In this document: piece by piece, positions 37,071-47,830 of the stretch | How positions within the stretch are numbered: position 1 is the first letter of the stretch | How the letters are laid out: each line of letters opens with the position of its first letter | DNA from: Comamonadaceae bacterium | GTDB taxonomy: Bacteria; Pseudomonadota; Gammaproteobacteria; Burkholderiales; Burkholderiaceae_C | Direction of reading: 5' to 3' | NCBI GenBank assembly: GCA_027488255.1 | Contig: JAIYBZ010000003.1 | Span: 5,221 to 69,220, forward strand | DNA length: 64,000 nt | Notes under the pieces: model-generated | Database searches by the model: none | What the model was told of the DNA's origin: nothing | Seen by the model: only the letters and a program-made list of their open reading frames with translations | Translations under genes and position numbers: made by a program

Positions 37071-38440
37071 GTGAGGGGCTGGGCCTGACGCTGGCCGTGC
37101 TGAACCTGTTGGCCTTGTGCATTGGGGTTTGGCTTGGGGTGAGGCGCAACCGCAGTTCCTCAGCCGAAGAGGCCGCCACCATGGCCGAGCAGCGGGCTTG
37201 GCAGCAACAACAATTTGCGTCCGTGCAGGCCCAAACGGAACGGCTGGAACGTGAATTGCGCAACGACATTGCGCAGTCGGGGGTGCAAGGCCGACAAGAG
37301 TCGATGCAAAACTTGAGCCTGTTTCAGCAAACTCTGCTGCAACAAAGCGCCGAAGCCACACGCACCCAAAACCAACAAATTGACGCGCTGGCCCAGCAAC
37401 TCGCCTTGTTGCAAAAAAACCTGACCGACAGCTTGGCGCAACAGGTCAATGCCTTGTCAGAGTCGAATGCCCGCCGCCTGACTGAAATGCGCGGCACCAT
37501 GGAAACCCAATTGGCCCAATTGCAGCAAAGCAATGCCGCCAAACTGGACGAAATGCGCCAGACCGTGGACGAAAAATTGCAAGCCACACTGCAAGCGCGA
37601 TTGGGCGAGAGCTTCAAGCAAGTGGCTGAGCGCTTGGAGCAAGTGCACAAAGGTTTGGGCGAAATGCACCATTTGGCGCAAGGCGTGGGCGACCTCAAAC
37701 ACTTGCTCACCAACGTCAAAACCCGCGGTATGTTTGGCGAGGCGCAACTGGCATCCTTGCTTGAACAAGTCTTGACTCCCGAGCAATATGCCGCGCAAGT
37801 GGCGCTGCGCCCAGGAGACAAAAACCGGGTGGACTTTGCCATCCGCTTGCCGGGGCGCTCGGAGCAGGGCGATCCCGTGTGGTTGCCCATTGATGCGAAG
37901 TTTCCGAACGAAGATTACGAAAGGCTGCTCGAGGCGCAGGGCCGAGCCGATCCCGTGCAAGCCGAGCTGTGTGCCAAGGCGCTTGAAAATCGCATCAAAC
38001 TCGAGGCCAAATCGATCTCTGAAAAGTACATCGAGCCGCCCCACACCACCGACTTTGCGATCTTGTTCTTGCCCACCGAAGGGCTGTATGCCGAGGTCTT
38101 GCGCCGGCCCGGTTTGATGGAAACACTGCAACGCGACCACCGCGTGACCTTAGCGGGGCCGACCAATTTGATGGCCATGCTGAACGCGCTGCAAATGGGG
38201 TTCAGAACGCTGGCCTTGGAAAAACGCTCCAGCGAAGTGTGGCAAGTGTTGGGCGCCGTAAAGACAGAGTTTGGCAAGTTTGGTGAAGTGCTGGCGAAAG
38301 TCAAAGAGCAAACCCAGACGGTGCTGAACACACTGGACAAGGCCCAGACCCGCAGCAATGTCATGCACCGTGCCTTGCGCCAGGTCGACGCCTTGCCTGA
38401 GCCTGAGGCCCAGGCCCTGTTGCCCGGCGGTGATGCGTGA
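37067..38440 (+). CDS. rmuC: DNA recombination protein RmuC
   Basis: N-terminal TM helix, a long Gln-rich coiled coil, then the conserved RmuC core (LLTNVKTRGMFGEAQL...IDAKFP...FLPTEGLY). ATGA overlap with the upstream stop. Confidence 0.85.
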   Translation: MSEGLGLTLAVLNLLALCIGVWLGVRRNRSSSAEEAATMAEQRAWQQQQFASVQAQTERLERELRNDIAQSGVQGRQESMQNLSLFQQTLLQQSAEATRTQNQQIDALAQQLALLQKNLTDSLAQQVNALSESNARRLTEMRGTMETQLAQLQQSNAAKLDEMRQTVDEKLQATLQARLGESFKQVAERLEQVHKGLGEMHHLAQGVGDLKHLLTNVKTRGMFGEAQLASLLEQVLTPEQYAAQVALRPGDKNRVDFAIRLPGRSEQGDPVWLPIDAKFPNEDYERLLEAQGRADPVQAELCAKALENRIKLEAKSISEKYIEPPHTTDFAILFLPTEGLYAEVLRRPGLMETLQRDHRVTLAGPTNLMAMLNALQMGFRTLALEKRSSEVWQVLGAVKTEFGKFGEVLAKVKEQTQTVLNTLDKAQTRSNVMHRALRQVDALPEPEAQALLPGGDA

Positions 38441-38468
38441 GGGGACTCGCAGGGCCGCGTGACCGGAC

Positions 38469-39704
38469 ATGAAGTCTTCGCTGCCACGGCTCATTGCAGG
38501 ACAGATTTTTTTGCATGCGTGCATGGCCGGCATGCGCATGGCCATTCCTTTGCTGGCCTTGAAGCAAGGCTTCAGTGCCTTGGTCGTTGGCGCTTTGTTG
38601 GCGCTGTTTGCCTTGACCCAAGTCTTTTTGGCTTTGCCCGCTGGACGCTATGCCGATCGCAAGGGACTCCATAAGCCCGTGTTGCTGAGTGTGGTGCTGG
38701 CTTCGGTGGGGGCAGGGCTTTCGGTCATCTGGCCGATTTTTCCGGTCATGTGCCTCAGTGCTTTGGCCACTGGCGGGGCGGCGGGCATGGCGGTCATTTC
38801 TTTGCAGCGCCATGTCGGCCGCTTGGCCAGCGACCCGGTACAGCTGAAAGTGGCGTTCAGTTGGTTGTCTATTGGCCCCGCTATTTCCAATTTTTTAGGT
38901 CCGGTGATGGCGGGTTTGCTGATTGACTATGCCGGTCCCGAGCCGGCACACCTGTCGGGCTTTCAATGGGCATTTTTGTGTTTGGCGGTGTTGCCATTGG
39001 GCACATGGTTTTGGGTGCGCAAGGTGCCAGAGCTTGAAATTTCGAAGGCGCCGGACGCGAATGCGCCGCGCCGCGCCTTAGACCTGTTGGCTGACCCCAT
39101 GATGCGGCGTTTGTTGGGCGTCAATTGGCTGCTCTCGTCGTGTTGGGACGTGCACACCTTTGTCGTGCCCGTGCTGGGCCATGAGCGGGGCTTCAGTGCC
39201 TCGGTGGTGGGCGCCATCTTGGGCGCATTTGCCATTTCAGCGGCATTTATTCGGGTCTGTTTGCCATGGATTTTTCGCCATGTTCATGAACACCAAATCA
39301 TCACCGGGGCGATGCTCTGTACGGCGGTGTTGTTTGGGCTTTACCCCTTCATGCCCACCCCTTGGAGCATGGGTTTTTGCTCGGTCATGTTGGGCATGGC
39401 CTTGGGCACGGTGCAACCCATGATCATGAGCACCTTGCACCAGATCACGCCGCAGCACCGTCAGGGCGAGGCGCTGGGTTTGCGCCTCATGAGCATCAAC
39501 GCCTCCAGCGTGCTGATGCCCATTTTGTTTGGCGCCGCAGGCGCTATTGCCGGGGTTGCCCCAGTGTTTTGGGTCGTGGGCGGCGCTGTGGGCTGGGGCG
39601 CGCGGGCCGCGTGGCGTTTGCGTCCGCCCCCGGCAGGGTCTTCCACTTCCTCTATTTCCCCTTCAACTTCCTCTACAACTTCCTCTCAAGACGGTCCGCA
39701 CTGA
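38469..39704 (+). CDS. MFS transporter with Ser/Thr-rich C-terminal tail
   Basis: 12-TM pattern and an MFS loop motif (LPAGRYADRKG). Confidence 0.75.
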   Translation: MKSSLPRLIAGQIFLHACMAGMRMAIPLLALKQGFSALVVGALLALFALTQVFLALPAGRYADRKGLHKPVLLSVVLASVGAGLSVIWPIFPVMCLSALATGGAAGMAVISLQRHVGRLASDPVQLKVAFSWLSIGPAISNFLGPVMAGLLIDYAGPEPAHLSGFQWAFLCLAVLPLGTWFWVRKVPELEISKAPDANAPRRALDLLADPMMRRLLGVNWLLSSCWDVHTFVVPVLGHERGFSASVVGAILGAFAISAAFIRVCLPWIFRHVHEHQIITGAMLCTAVLFGLYPFMPTPWSMGFCSVMLGMALGTVQPMIMSTLHQITPQHRQGEALGLRLMSINASSVLMPILFGAAGAIAGVAPVFWVVGGAVGWGARAAWRLRPPPAGSSTSSISPSTSSTTSSQDGPH

Positions 39705-39715
39705 GGCCCAAGCAT

Positions 39716-40594
39716 TCAGGCTTGCGGGAGGTTCATGTCATAAAAGTCGCAGATGATGCGCCAGGCCGATTCAGGCGTGTCGACATAGTGAATGAGGTCC
39801 AAATCTTCCTTTGAGATGGTGCCTTCTTCGACCAGCACATCCATGTGGATCAGGCGTTTCCAATAGTCCGTGCCAAACAACAAAATAGGCACTGGTCGGG
39901 CTTTCTGGGTTTGCACCAGTGTCATGACTTCAAACAATTCGTCCAGCGTGCCAAAGCCGCCTGGAAAAGCGACCAAGGCCTTTGCGCGCATCATGAAGTG
40001 CATTTTGCGCAGGGCAAAGTAGTGGAATTTAAAGCTCAACTCGGGCGTGACATACGGGTTGGGGTGTTGCTCGTGGGGCAGGGCAATGTTGAGGGCCACC
40101 GAAGGCGCGCCGGCTTCTTGTGCCCCTCGGTTCGCCGCTTCCATGATGCCGGGCCCTCCGCCCGTGCAAATATAAAATTTTTGGTCTTGCGGCATGCCTG
40201 CGATGCGCTGAGAGACCATGCGCGCAAAGGCGCGTGCATTTTCGTAGTGCTGTGCATTGCGCAAGCGCGTCTTGGCCTGCGCCACGGCGTCGGCGTCGCC
40301 GCTTTCGGTGGCTTTTTGCAGCGCCGCTTCTGCCGTCTCTCGGTCTGAAAACCGGGCGCTGCCGAACACCACCACGGTGTGTTCAATGCCGGCCGCGGTT
40401 TGAGCCAAATCGGGCTTGAGCATTTCCAGCTGAAAACGAATGCCCCGAGTTTCTCGGCGCATTAAAAATTCTGGGTCGGCAAAAGCCAATCGACCGGCCT
40501 CAGGCTCAAACCATCCGGCATCGTGAAATGCGGTGGGTGAATCCGCCCACGCATGGGCCAGTGAGGGGGATTGGAGATTGGGTTTCGAGGTCAT
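39716..40594 (-). CDS. LOG-family (TIGR00730) nucleotide phosphoribohydrolase-like protein
   Basis: Motifs GGGPGIMEAANRG and PGGFGTLDELFE. Confidence 0.85.
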   Translation of the reverse strand: MTSKPNLQSPSLAHAWADSPTAFHDAGWFEPEAGRLAFADPEFLMRRETRGIRFQLEMLKPDLAQTAAGIEHTVVVFGSARFSDRETAEAALQKATESGDADAVAQAKTRLRNAQHYENARAFARMVSQRIAGMPQDQKFYICTGGGPGIMEAANRGAQEAGAPSVALNIALPHEQHPNPYVTPELSFKFHYFALRKMHFMMRAKALVAFPGGFGTLDELFEVMTLVQTQKARPVPILLFGTDYWKRLIHMDVLVEEGTISKEDLDLIHYVDTPESAWRIICDFYDMNLPQA

Positions 40595-40701
40595 GCGGTG
40601 ATTGTGCCGTGATGCCTGTTTTTCAGGATTTCCTTAATCCCGCATGCCGGTATTTCTGGCTGTCGGGCATCGCAGATCCTTTGCGTTGTCGACAAAGCAA
40701 T

Positions 40702-40727
40702 AAAAAAGCCCCTGACGGGGCTTTTTG
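40702..40727 (-). terminator. rho-independent terminator after efp (bidirectional-looking)
   Basis: AAAAAAGCCCC-TGAC-GGGGCTTTTT. Confidence 0.8.
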
Positions 40728-40746
40728 GTGAGGGTGATCGGGGAGA

Positions 40747-41301
40747 TCAGACGCGCTTGCGGTATTCGCCCGTGCGTGTGTCGATTTCAATCTTGTCGCC
40801 TTGGCTCACAAACAAAGGCACAGGCACTTCCATGCCGGTAGCGATTTTGGCGGGCTTGAGCACTTTGCCAGAGGTGTCGCCTTTGACGGCGGGTTCAGTC
40901 CAAGTGATTTCGCGCACCACGCTGGTGGGCAATTCGACCGAGATGGCTTTCTCGTTGTAGAACACCACTTCCAGCTCCATGCCGTCTTCGAGGTAGTTCA
41001 AGGCATCGCCCATGTTGGTGGCTTCAACTTCGTATTGGTTGAAGTCGGTGTCCATGCAGACATACATCGGATCGGCGAAATAAGAGTAGGTGCACTCTTT
41101 TTTGTCCAGAATGACTTGGTCCATTTTGTCGTCGGCGCGGAACACGATTTCTGTGCCGAAGTTGGCGATCAGGCTTTTCAACTTCATGCGCACGGTGGAC
41201 GAGCCACGACCGCCACGTTGGTATTCGGTGCGCAGGACAACCATAGGGTCTTTGCCGTGCATGATGACGTTGCCAACGCGGATTTCTTGAGCGGTTTTCA
41301 T
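40747..41301 (-). CDS. efp: elongation factor P, Arg32 type
   Basis: 184 aa, aligns by eye with the Pseudomonas EF-P I recall. The loop reads YQRGGRGSS, with Arg at position 32 where the E. coli type has Lys34. The upstream extension to 41403 was rejected. Confidence 0.95.
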   Translation of the reverse strand: MKTAQEIRVGNVIMHGKDPMVVLRTEYQRGGRGSSTVRMKLKSLIANFGTEIVFRADDKMDQVILDKKECTYSYFADPMYVCMDTDFNQYEVEATNMGDALNYLEDGMELEVVFYNEKAISVELPTSVVREITWTEPAVKGDTSGKVLKPAKIATGMEVPVPLFVSQGDKIEIDTRTGEYRKRV

Positions 41302-41476
41302 AAGATTTGAATCTGGATTAGAGGGGGAATGGCCTGAGGCCAAGCCCAATATTCTAACCGCTGGAGGCCGGCCAGTGAGACCCACGCCCGGATGGGCGCG
41401 CAATCTCGCGCCGTCGCCCCTGGCGCCAAGCCTCCCAAGATAAGGCCGCCCAAGGCCTCAAAAAGGGGGATTGCAC

Positions 41477-42628
41477 TTATGGCGGGTTGTGAGGGGGCAC
41501 CTTCGGGGGCGCCTTCAACGATACAAATCGGCTGAGTTGGCACTGCAAATCGTCATGTGCCCACCAGACTTTCCGGGCAGCTTGGGTGCAAGCCGCCCAT
41601 TCGGCCAGCATGGTGTCATCCAGCGCTGGCCATGGCACGGTGCCGATCCCGTTCCAGCTGTGGTGTGCGGCCCGCAGGCTGGCAGGGGCTTGCAAGGCGT
41701 CCAAAAAAGCTTCCAGTTTGGCGTGGTGGGCGTTGTCGTCTTGCGGGTAAATGTGCCAAATGAAGGGTTGACCTGCCCAGATGGCCCGGACCAAAGAGTC
41801 TTCGCCCCGCACAAAGTTCAGATCACACGCCCAAAGCATCTCGTCAAAGCCCTCTTGGTCGGAGTAGGGCAGGGCGCTCCAACGTGGCGCTTGTGCCATG
41901 GCCAGCAGGGCGTTTTTGACCGCCGCCAGGGGTCGACCGGGGGTGACCAGCAGGTGCTGGGGTTTGGCGACCTCTGGCTGCAGCAGTGGGTGTTGCAAGG
42001 GGGGCAACATTTCTTGCAGCAATTGGGGCAGGCCAGCGGGCTCGTAACAAAACAGGCTGATCAGCCGGCCCTCGGCGGTCAAGTCTGGGGCGTGTTGTTT
42101 GCGCCAAGCGCTGCGGTCAAAAGTGGCTTGCCTTTGTGCCAATTGCTTTTCCCGCAACAACCCGCCAGTTTCGGGGCTGAAACCGGGGTAAAAGAAATAT
42201 TTGGTCCAGCCTTTGGCGGGACCACTCATCACAGGTGAGGGCAAGCCATGCTGACGGGGCACCCAGTCTTCGGCGCTCAGGTATTCGAGGTTGATCCAGA
42301 CAGGCGGCTGTGCGCGACTTTGGGCGGCGTGGGCCACAAAAGCAGGAGGCAGGGTGCAGCCAAAGGCTTCGATCCAAACCTCGGCGGGGGCCAAACGGGC
42401 CAGTAGCAGGGGGTCGCTGGCCGCATTCCAGGGCAAGACCTGCAAGTGTGGCCACTGGGCGCGAACGGCTTCTGGGGCCATCCAGGTCAGCGCGGACGCG
42501 TCGTCGACCCACAATCTCACCGCATGGCCGGCTTCGGCCAGTTGGCGAGACAGGCGCCAGCACACACCCAGATCGCCGTGGTTGTCAATAACGGTACAAA
42601 AAATATCCCAGAGTTGCCGGCCAGCCAT
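41477..42628 (-). CDS. earP: EF-P arginine-32 rhamnosyltransferase
   Basis: N-terminus [25 protein letters not shown] matches the EarP (DUF2331) signature I recall (WDIFC.V.DNYGDIGV.WRLARQL). 383 aa, adjacent to efp. Confidence 0.85.
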   Translation of the reverse strand: MAGRQLWDIFCTVIDNHGDLGVCWRLSRQLAEAGHAVRLWVDDASALTWMAPEAVRAQWPHLQVLPWNAASDPLLLARLAPAEVWIEAFGCTLPPAFVAHAAQSRAQPPVWINLEYLSAEDWVPRQHGLPSPVMSGPAKGWTKYFFYPGFSPETGGLLREKQLAQRQATFDRSAWRKQHAPDLTAEGRLISLFCYEPAGLPQLLQEMLPPLQHPLLQPEVAKPQHLLVTPGRPLAAVKNALLAMAQAPRWSALPYSDQEGFDEMLWACDLNFVRGEDSLVRAIWAGQPFIWHIYPQDDNAHHAKLEAFLDALQAPASLRAAHHSWNGIGTVPWPALDDTMLAEWAACTQAARKVWWAHDDLQCQLSRFVSLKAPPKVPPHNPP

Positions 42629-42663
42629 GCTTGGTATTGTCGCTTGCCCCGACAATACCGGGC

Positions 42664-44595
42664 ATGAAGTTTGAACACGACGCATCTTTGTTGGCACAGG
42701 TCGCTGCACTGCCGGCTTTGCCGGGGGTGTACCGTTACTTTGACGCGCAAGATCAAGTGCTTTATGTGGGCAAAGCCAAGCAGCTGAAAAAGAGGGTCTC
42801 CAGTTACTTTCACAAAGACCATGGGGGCACGCGCATCGGCCACATGGTCAGCAAGATTGCCCGCATGGAAACCACGGTGGTGCGCTCAGAGGCCGAAGCG
42901 CTGCTGCTCGAAAACAACTTGATCAAAACTTTGAGTCCGCGCTTCAACATTTTGTTCAGGGACGACAAGTCTTACCCCTATCTGAAACTCACCGGCAATG
43001 GCACCCTGAGCTTGAAAGCCAAGAACGGTTCCCCTGAAGCGCAGAATTTTCCTCGGGTGTCTTATTACCGCGGGGCGGTTGAGAAAAAGCACCGTTATTT
43101 CGGCCCGTTCCCCAGTGCTTGGGCGGTGAAGGAGTCGATTCAACTCTTGCAAAAAGTCTTTCGCTTGCGCACCTGTGAAGACACCGTTTTTGCCAACCGC
43201 ACTCGGCCTTGTTTGCTTTACCAAATCAAACGGTGCTCGGGGCCTTGTGTCAACCTCATCAGCCCCGAGGCGTATGCCGACGATGTGCAGCACGCGGAAC
43301 GATTTTTGAAGGGCGAGACGCAGGCCTTGTTGCAAGAACTGGAAGCGCGAATGATGGCCCACTCAGAACGTTTGGAGTTCGAGTTGGCCGCCGAGTTGCG
43401 CAACCAAATCACGGCGCTGTCGCGCGTGCTCCACCAACAATCGGTGGACACCGGCACCGACACCGATGTGGATATTTTGGCCGTGCGGGTGCAAGGCGGG
43501 CGCGCCTGTGTGAATTTGGCCATGGTGCGAGGGGGCCGTCATTTGGGCGATCGCGCTTATTTCCCGGCGCATGTGGACGATGCCCATGCATTGGCCTGGG
43601 CTGAAGAGGACGGTGCGCCCCCCTTGTCGGTAGAGGTTCAGGTGCTGGAAGCCTTTATGGCGCAGCATTACATCGGCATTCCTGTGCCCGCGGCCTTGAT
43701 CACCAATGTGGCCGTCGATAAAAACCTGGTGCTGGCCCTCTCCCAGCAGGCCGGCTACAAGATTGCCGCCGTGCACAACCCGCGCGAGCAGCGCCGAGTG
43801 TGGCTGGAGATGAACGAGAAAAACGCCGATATTCAGCTGGCTCGTTTGTTGGCCGAAGAGGGTTCGCAACAAGCGCGAACCCGTGCTTTGGCCGATGCCC
43901 TGGATCTGGCGCCCGACGATTTAGACGCCTTGCACATCGAATGTTTTGACATCTCCCACACCGCGGGAGAGAACACCCAAGCGTCTTGTGTGGTGTTTCG
44001 TCAGCACAAAATGCAAAGCAGCGAATACCGCCGCTACAACATCGAGGGCATCACGCCGGGCGACGATTACGCCGCCATGCGCCAAGTGTTGATGCGCCGT
44101 TACGGCAAATTGGCCGAGGCTCTGCGGAGTGCCGAAGGGACGGCCCGTTTGCCCGATTTGGTCTTGATTGACGGTGGCAAAGGTCAAGTCTCGATGGCCC
44201 GCGAGGTTTTCACCGATCTGGGCCTCGATTTGTCCCGCATCGTGGGCGTGGAAAAAGGCGAGGGCCGCAAAGTGGGCCTGGAAGAACTGGTCTTTGCCGA
44301 CGGCCGCGACAAGGTCTATTTGGGCAAAGACTCGGCGGCGCTGATGTTGGTGGCACAGATTCGCGACGAGGCGCACCGCTTTGCCATCACGGGCATGCGC
44401 GCACAGCGCGCCAAAGTCCGCATGGGGGGCAGCAAACTCGAAGACATTGCCGGCATTGGCCCCCGCAAACGGGCCAAATTGTTGCAGCGATTTGGCGGCG
44501 TCAGGGGTGTCGAAAGCGCCAGCGTGGAAGATTTGATGAGCGTCGAGGGCATTTCACGCGACTTGGCCGAAAGCATTTACAACGCCTTGCACTGA
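42664..44595 (+). CDS. uvrC: excinuclease ABC subunit C
   Basis: GIY-YIG motif (PGVYRYFD...[14 protein letters not shown]), and a C-terminal (HhH)2 region ([17 protein letters not shown]). Confidence 0.95.
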   Translation: MKFEHDASLLAQVAALPALPGVYRYFDAQDQVLYVGKAKQLKKRVSSYFHKDHGGTRIGHMVSKIARMETTVVRSEAEALLLENNLIKTLSPRFNILFRDDKSYPYLKLTGNGTLSLKAKNGSPEAQNFPRVSYYRGAVEKKHRYFGPFPSAWAVKESIQLLQKVFRLRTCEDTVFANRTRPCLLYQIKRCSGPCVNLISPEAYADDVQHAERFLKGETQALLQELEARMMAHSERLEFELAAELRNQITALSRVLHQQSVDTGTDTDVDILAVRVQGGRACVNLAMVRGGRHLGDRAYFPAHVDDAHALAWAEEDGAPPLSVEVQVLEAFMAQHYIGIPVPAALITNVAVDKNLVLALSQQAGYKIAAVHNPREQRRVWLEMNEKNADIQLARLLAEEGSQQARTRALADALDLAPDDLDALHIECFDISHTAGENTQASCVVFRQHKMQSSEYRRYNIEGITPGDDYAAMRQVLMRRYGKLAEALRSAEGTARLPDLVLIDGGKGQVSMAREVFTDLGLDLSRIVGVEKGEGRKVGLEELVFADGRDKVYLGKDSAALMLVAQIRDEAHRFAITGMRAQRAKVRMGGSKLEDIAGIGPRKRAKLLQRFGGVRGVESASVEDLMSVEGISRDLAESIYNALH

Positions 44596-44649
44596 AATCT
44601 TGGCCCGAGAGGGGCTGAAATTCTTGTCGGGCATGCCACAATCAACACC

Positions 44650-45219
44650 ATGTTTTTCACGATACCCACCTTCATGACTTGGACGCGCATCGTCGCGATC
44701 CCCTTGATCATTGGCGTGTACTACCTGAAGAGCCTCTCGCTTGAAACGCAAAACCTGATCGCCACGGTCATGTTTGTCTTGTTTGCCATCACCGATTGGC
44801 TGGATGGCTACTTGGCCCGCAAGCTCAACCAAACCTCAGCTTTTGGCGCTTTTTTAGACCCTGTCGCCGATAAGTTTTTGGTCTGCGCCGCTTTGTTGAT
44901 GTTGGTGCAGCTGGACCGGGTGCATGTCTTGGTGGCGCTGATCATCATTGGCCGAGAGATCGCTATTTCGTCTTTGCGGGAGTGGATGGCCCAAATTGGC
45001 GCCAGCAAAAGTGTGGCGGTGCACATGGTCGGCAAACTGAAAACGACGGTGCAAATGGTGGCCATTCCCTTTTTGCTTTACGACGGATCGCTGTTCGGCG
45101 TTATCGACACGCGCCAATGGGGCGCGGTGCTGATCGTCATCGCGGCGGTCCTGACCATTTGGTCGATGGTTTACTACATGCAAAAGGCCCTGCCTGAAAT
45201 TCGGGCACGGGTGAAATGA
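44650..45219 (+). CDS. pgsA: CDP-diacylglycerol--glycerol-3-phosphate 3-phosphatidyltransferase
   Basis: CDP-alcohol phosphatidyltransferase motif DWLDGYLARKLNQTSAFGAFLDPVADK. Confidence 0.9.
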   Translation: MFFTIPTFMTWTRIVAIPLIIGVYYLKSLSLETQNLIATVMFVLFAITDWLDGYLARKLNQTSAFGAFLDPVADKFLVCAALLMLVQLDRVHVLVALIIIGREIAISSLREWMAQIGASKSVAVHMVGKLKTTVQMVAIPFLLYDGSLFGVIDTRQWGAVLIVIAAVLTIWSMVYYMQKALPEIRARVK

Positions 45220-46124
45220 GCGCCAGCGAAGACGCGACGGCCTGGATCAAGGCCATGCCGGTGGTGTTTGTGCTCATTTGGAGCACCGGCTTCATCGTGG
45301 CGCGGTACGGCATGCCCCATGCCCCTCCCTTCGGTTTTTTAACCATCCGCTATTTGCTGTCCATCCTCTGTTTTGGCATTTGGATTGTCTGGGCACGCGT
45401 GGCATGGCCGCGTGACCGGGCGCAGTGGTGGCATTTGTCGGTCACGGGCATCTTGATGCATGCGGGCTATTTGGGCGGTGTGTGGGCGGCGGTCAAAGCC
45501 GGCATGGGCTCGGGCTTGTCATCGCTGATCGTCGGTTTCCAGCCTGTCTTGACGGCAATTTGGTTGTCGTACAGCTTGCGCGGCGCCGATCAGCCCGGAG
45601 TCTCGCGGCGGCAGTGGTTAGGACTGTGGCTGGGGTTTTTCGGATTGCTGATGGTGGTGTGGCGCAAGTTGACCTTGGGTTCGCCAATGGACCACGTCAC
45701 TCCGGTCAACATGGCGTTTGCTTTGGGTGCTTTGTTCAGCATCACGGTGGGCACGCTGTACCAAAAGCGGTTTGTCAAACCCTGCGATGTGCGCTCGGCC
45801 AACAGTGTGCAGTTGCTCGCCGCTTTTGTTGTGACCTTGCCCTTGGCTTTGGCAGAGCCCGAGGCCATCCAATGGAACCCCGAATTGATGGGGGCCATGG
45901 CTTGGTCGGTGTTGGGGCTCACGCTGGGCGGCAGCTCGCTGCTGTACCTGCTGATTCAGCGTGGCGCTGCCGCTTCGGTGACCAGCCTCATGTACCTGGT
46001 ACCGCCAACGACCGCACTCATTGCGTGGGTGTTGTTTGGTGAAACCATCACCGCGGCTACATTGGCCGGAACCGCCTTGACCGCTTTGGGGGTCAGTTTG
46101 GTGGTGCGACCGTCACGTAAGTGA
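45216..46124 (+). CDS. DMT-superfamily (EamA-like) transporter
   Basis: 10-TM pattern with two EamA-like halves. ATGA overlap with the pgsA stop. Confidence 0.7.
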   Translation: MSASEDATAWIKAMPVVFVLIWSTGFIVARYGMPHAPPFGFLTIRYLLSILCFGIWIVWARVAWPRDRAQWWHLSVTGILMHAGYLGGVWAAVKAGMGSGLSSLIVGFQPVLTAIWLSYSLRGADQPGVSRRQWLGLWLGFFGLLMVVWRKLTLGSPMDHVTPVNMAFALGALFSITVGTLYQKRFVKPCDVRSANSVQLLAAFVVTLPLALAEPEAIQWNPELMGAMAWSVLGLTLGGSSLLYLLIQRGAAASVTSLMYLVPPTTALIAWVLFGETITAATLAGTALTALGVSLVVRPSRK

Positions 46125-46210
46125 AAGCCCTTTGGCGGGCATATCAGTAAGCTCTTGACCGATAACGCCGCTTCTGGCGGTCTTGATTGATTGACATTGA
46201 AAGTGCATCC

Positions 46211-47296
46211 ATGACGCAACACCGCATTGCCGTGATTCCAGGAGACGGGATCGGAAAAGAAGTCATGCCTGAAGGCCTGCGCGTCATGGACGCAGCGGCC
46301 CGAAAATTTGGCATCGATCTTCACTTTGACCATTTCGATTTTTCCAGTTGGGATTATTTCGAGAAGCACGGTCAGATGTTGCCGAACAACTGGAAAGACC
46401 AAATTGGGGGGCATGACGCGCTTTATTTTGGCGCGGTGGGCTGGCCCGAAAAAATCGCCGACCATGTCTCACTCTGGGGTTCTTTGCTGTTGTTTCGGCG
46501 TGAGTTCGACCAATACATCAACCTGCGTCCAGCGCGCCTGATGCCGGGCATCATCGCGCCCGTGGTGCGCCGCGATGGCAGCCCGCGCCAGCCCGGTGAA
46601 ATCGACATGTACATCGTGCGTGAAAACACCGAAGGCGAATACTCCAGTGTGGGGGGGCGCATGTTTCCGGGCACCGAGCGCGAGATCGTCATGCAAGAGT
46701 CCATCATGACCCGCATTGGGGTTGATCGGGTGCTGAAGTTTGCCTTTGAGCTGGCCCAGACGCGTCCCAAAAAACACCTGACCAGTGCCACCAAATCGAA
46801 CGGCATTGCGATCACCATGCCCTATTGGGATGAGCGTGTCTCCGAGATGGCGAAAGCATTTCCCGGTATTACGGTGGACAAATTTCACATCGACATCTTG
46901 ACCGCGCACTTTGTGCAGCGGCCTGACTTTTTTGATGTGGTGGTCGCCAGCAATCTTTTCGGCGACATCTTGAGCGATTTGGGGCCCGCCTGCACGGGCA
47001 CTATCGGCATTGCGCCGAGTGCCAACTTGAACCCCGATCGCAAATTCCCGTCGCTCTTTGAGCCGGTGCATGGCTCGGCGCCTGACATCGCTGGGAAAGG
47101 CATTGCCAACCCGATAGGGCAAATTTGGTGCGGCGCCATGATGCTGGAGTTTTTGGGTCACAAGGCCGCACACGATGCTGTGCTGGCTGCCATTGAAAAG
47201 GTCTTGGCTGCTGGTGCCGATGCCCCGCGAACCCCCGATTTGGGAGGCAAGGCCAAAACAGCCGATGTGGGCCGTGCCATTGCCGAGGCGCTTTGA
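46211..47296 (+). CDS. tartrate dehydrogenase / D-malate dehydrogenase (isopropylmalate dehydrogenase family)
   Basis: IAVIPGDGIGKEV N-terminus and the NLFGDILSDL motif. Length of 361 aa and overall resemblance to TtuC-type enzymes. Confidence 0.8.
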   Translation: MTQHRIAVIPGDGIGKEVMPEGLRVMDAAARKFGIDLHFDHFDFSSWDYFEKHGQMLPNNWKDQIGGHDALYFGAVGWPEKIADHVSLWGSLLLFRREFDQYINLRPARLMPGIIAPVVRRDGSPRQPGEIDMYIVRENTEGEYSSVGGRMFPGTEREIVMQESIMTRIGVDRVLKFAFELAQTRPKKHLTSATKSNGIAITMPYWDERVSEMAKAFPGITVDKFHIDILTAHFVQRPDFFDVVVASNLFGDILSDLGPACTGTIGIAPSANLNPDRKFPSLFEPVHGSAPDIAGKGIANPIGQIWCGAMMLEFLGHKAAHDAVLAAIEKVLAAGADAPRTPDLGGKAKTADVGRAIAEAL

Positions 47297-47452
47297 GCCC
47301 AGTTGCTCGGTGTTTACCCCCTCTGAAAATCTCGGCTGCGTCTCACCCGCTTGTGATTTCGCGGCTAGAATTCAAGCCCCACAGTCTGATCTGTGAGCCC
47401 CAATTCATGTCCAGTGCCGGTGTTTCCGGTATGTCACTTCAAGAGGTTTCTT

Positions 47453-47725
47453 GTGAACAAAACAGAACTGATCGAACACATTGCAAAACAAGCTGACTTG
47501 TCCAAGGCCGCAGCAGGCCGGGCTTTGGAGGCCACCATTGGCGCAGTGCGTACCACCTTGAAAAAAGGTGGCACGGTGTCCTTGGTCGGATTTGGCACCT
47601 TTGCCGTGGGTAAACGCGCTGCCCGTACGGGCCGCAATCCGCGCACCGGCGCAGCGATTAAAATCAAGTCAGCCAAAGTTCCTAAATTCCGTCCGGGCAA
47701 AGCCCTCAAGGATGCTTTGAACTGA
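47453..47725 (+). CDS. hupB: HU family DNA-binding protein
   Basis: GTG start after an [19 protein letters not shown]... and [21 protein letters not shown] arm motif, 90 aa. Confidence 0.9.
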   Translation: MNKTELIEHIAKQADLSKAAAGRALEATIGAVRTTLKKGGTVSLVGFGTFAVGKRAARTGRNPRTGAAIKIKSAKVPKFRPGKALKDALN

Positions 47726-47741
47726 TCACACTTTTCAGGTG

Positions 47742-47817
47742 GGGCGCTTAGCTCAGTTGGTAGAGCGGCTCCTTTACACGGAGTAGGTCGGCGGTTCGAG
47801 ACCGTCAGCGCCCACCA
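47742..47817 (+). tRNA. tRNA-Val (anticodon TAC), CCA encoded
   Basis: GGGCGCTTAGCTCAGTTGGTAGAGC, anticodon loop TTTACAC, T-arm GGCGGTTCGAGACCGTC, acceptor AGCGCCC-A-CCA. Confidence 0.9.
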
Positions 47818-47830
47818 CCCTACAAAGTCA

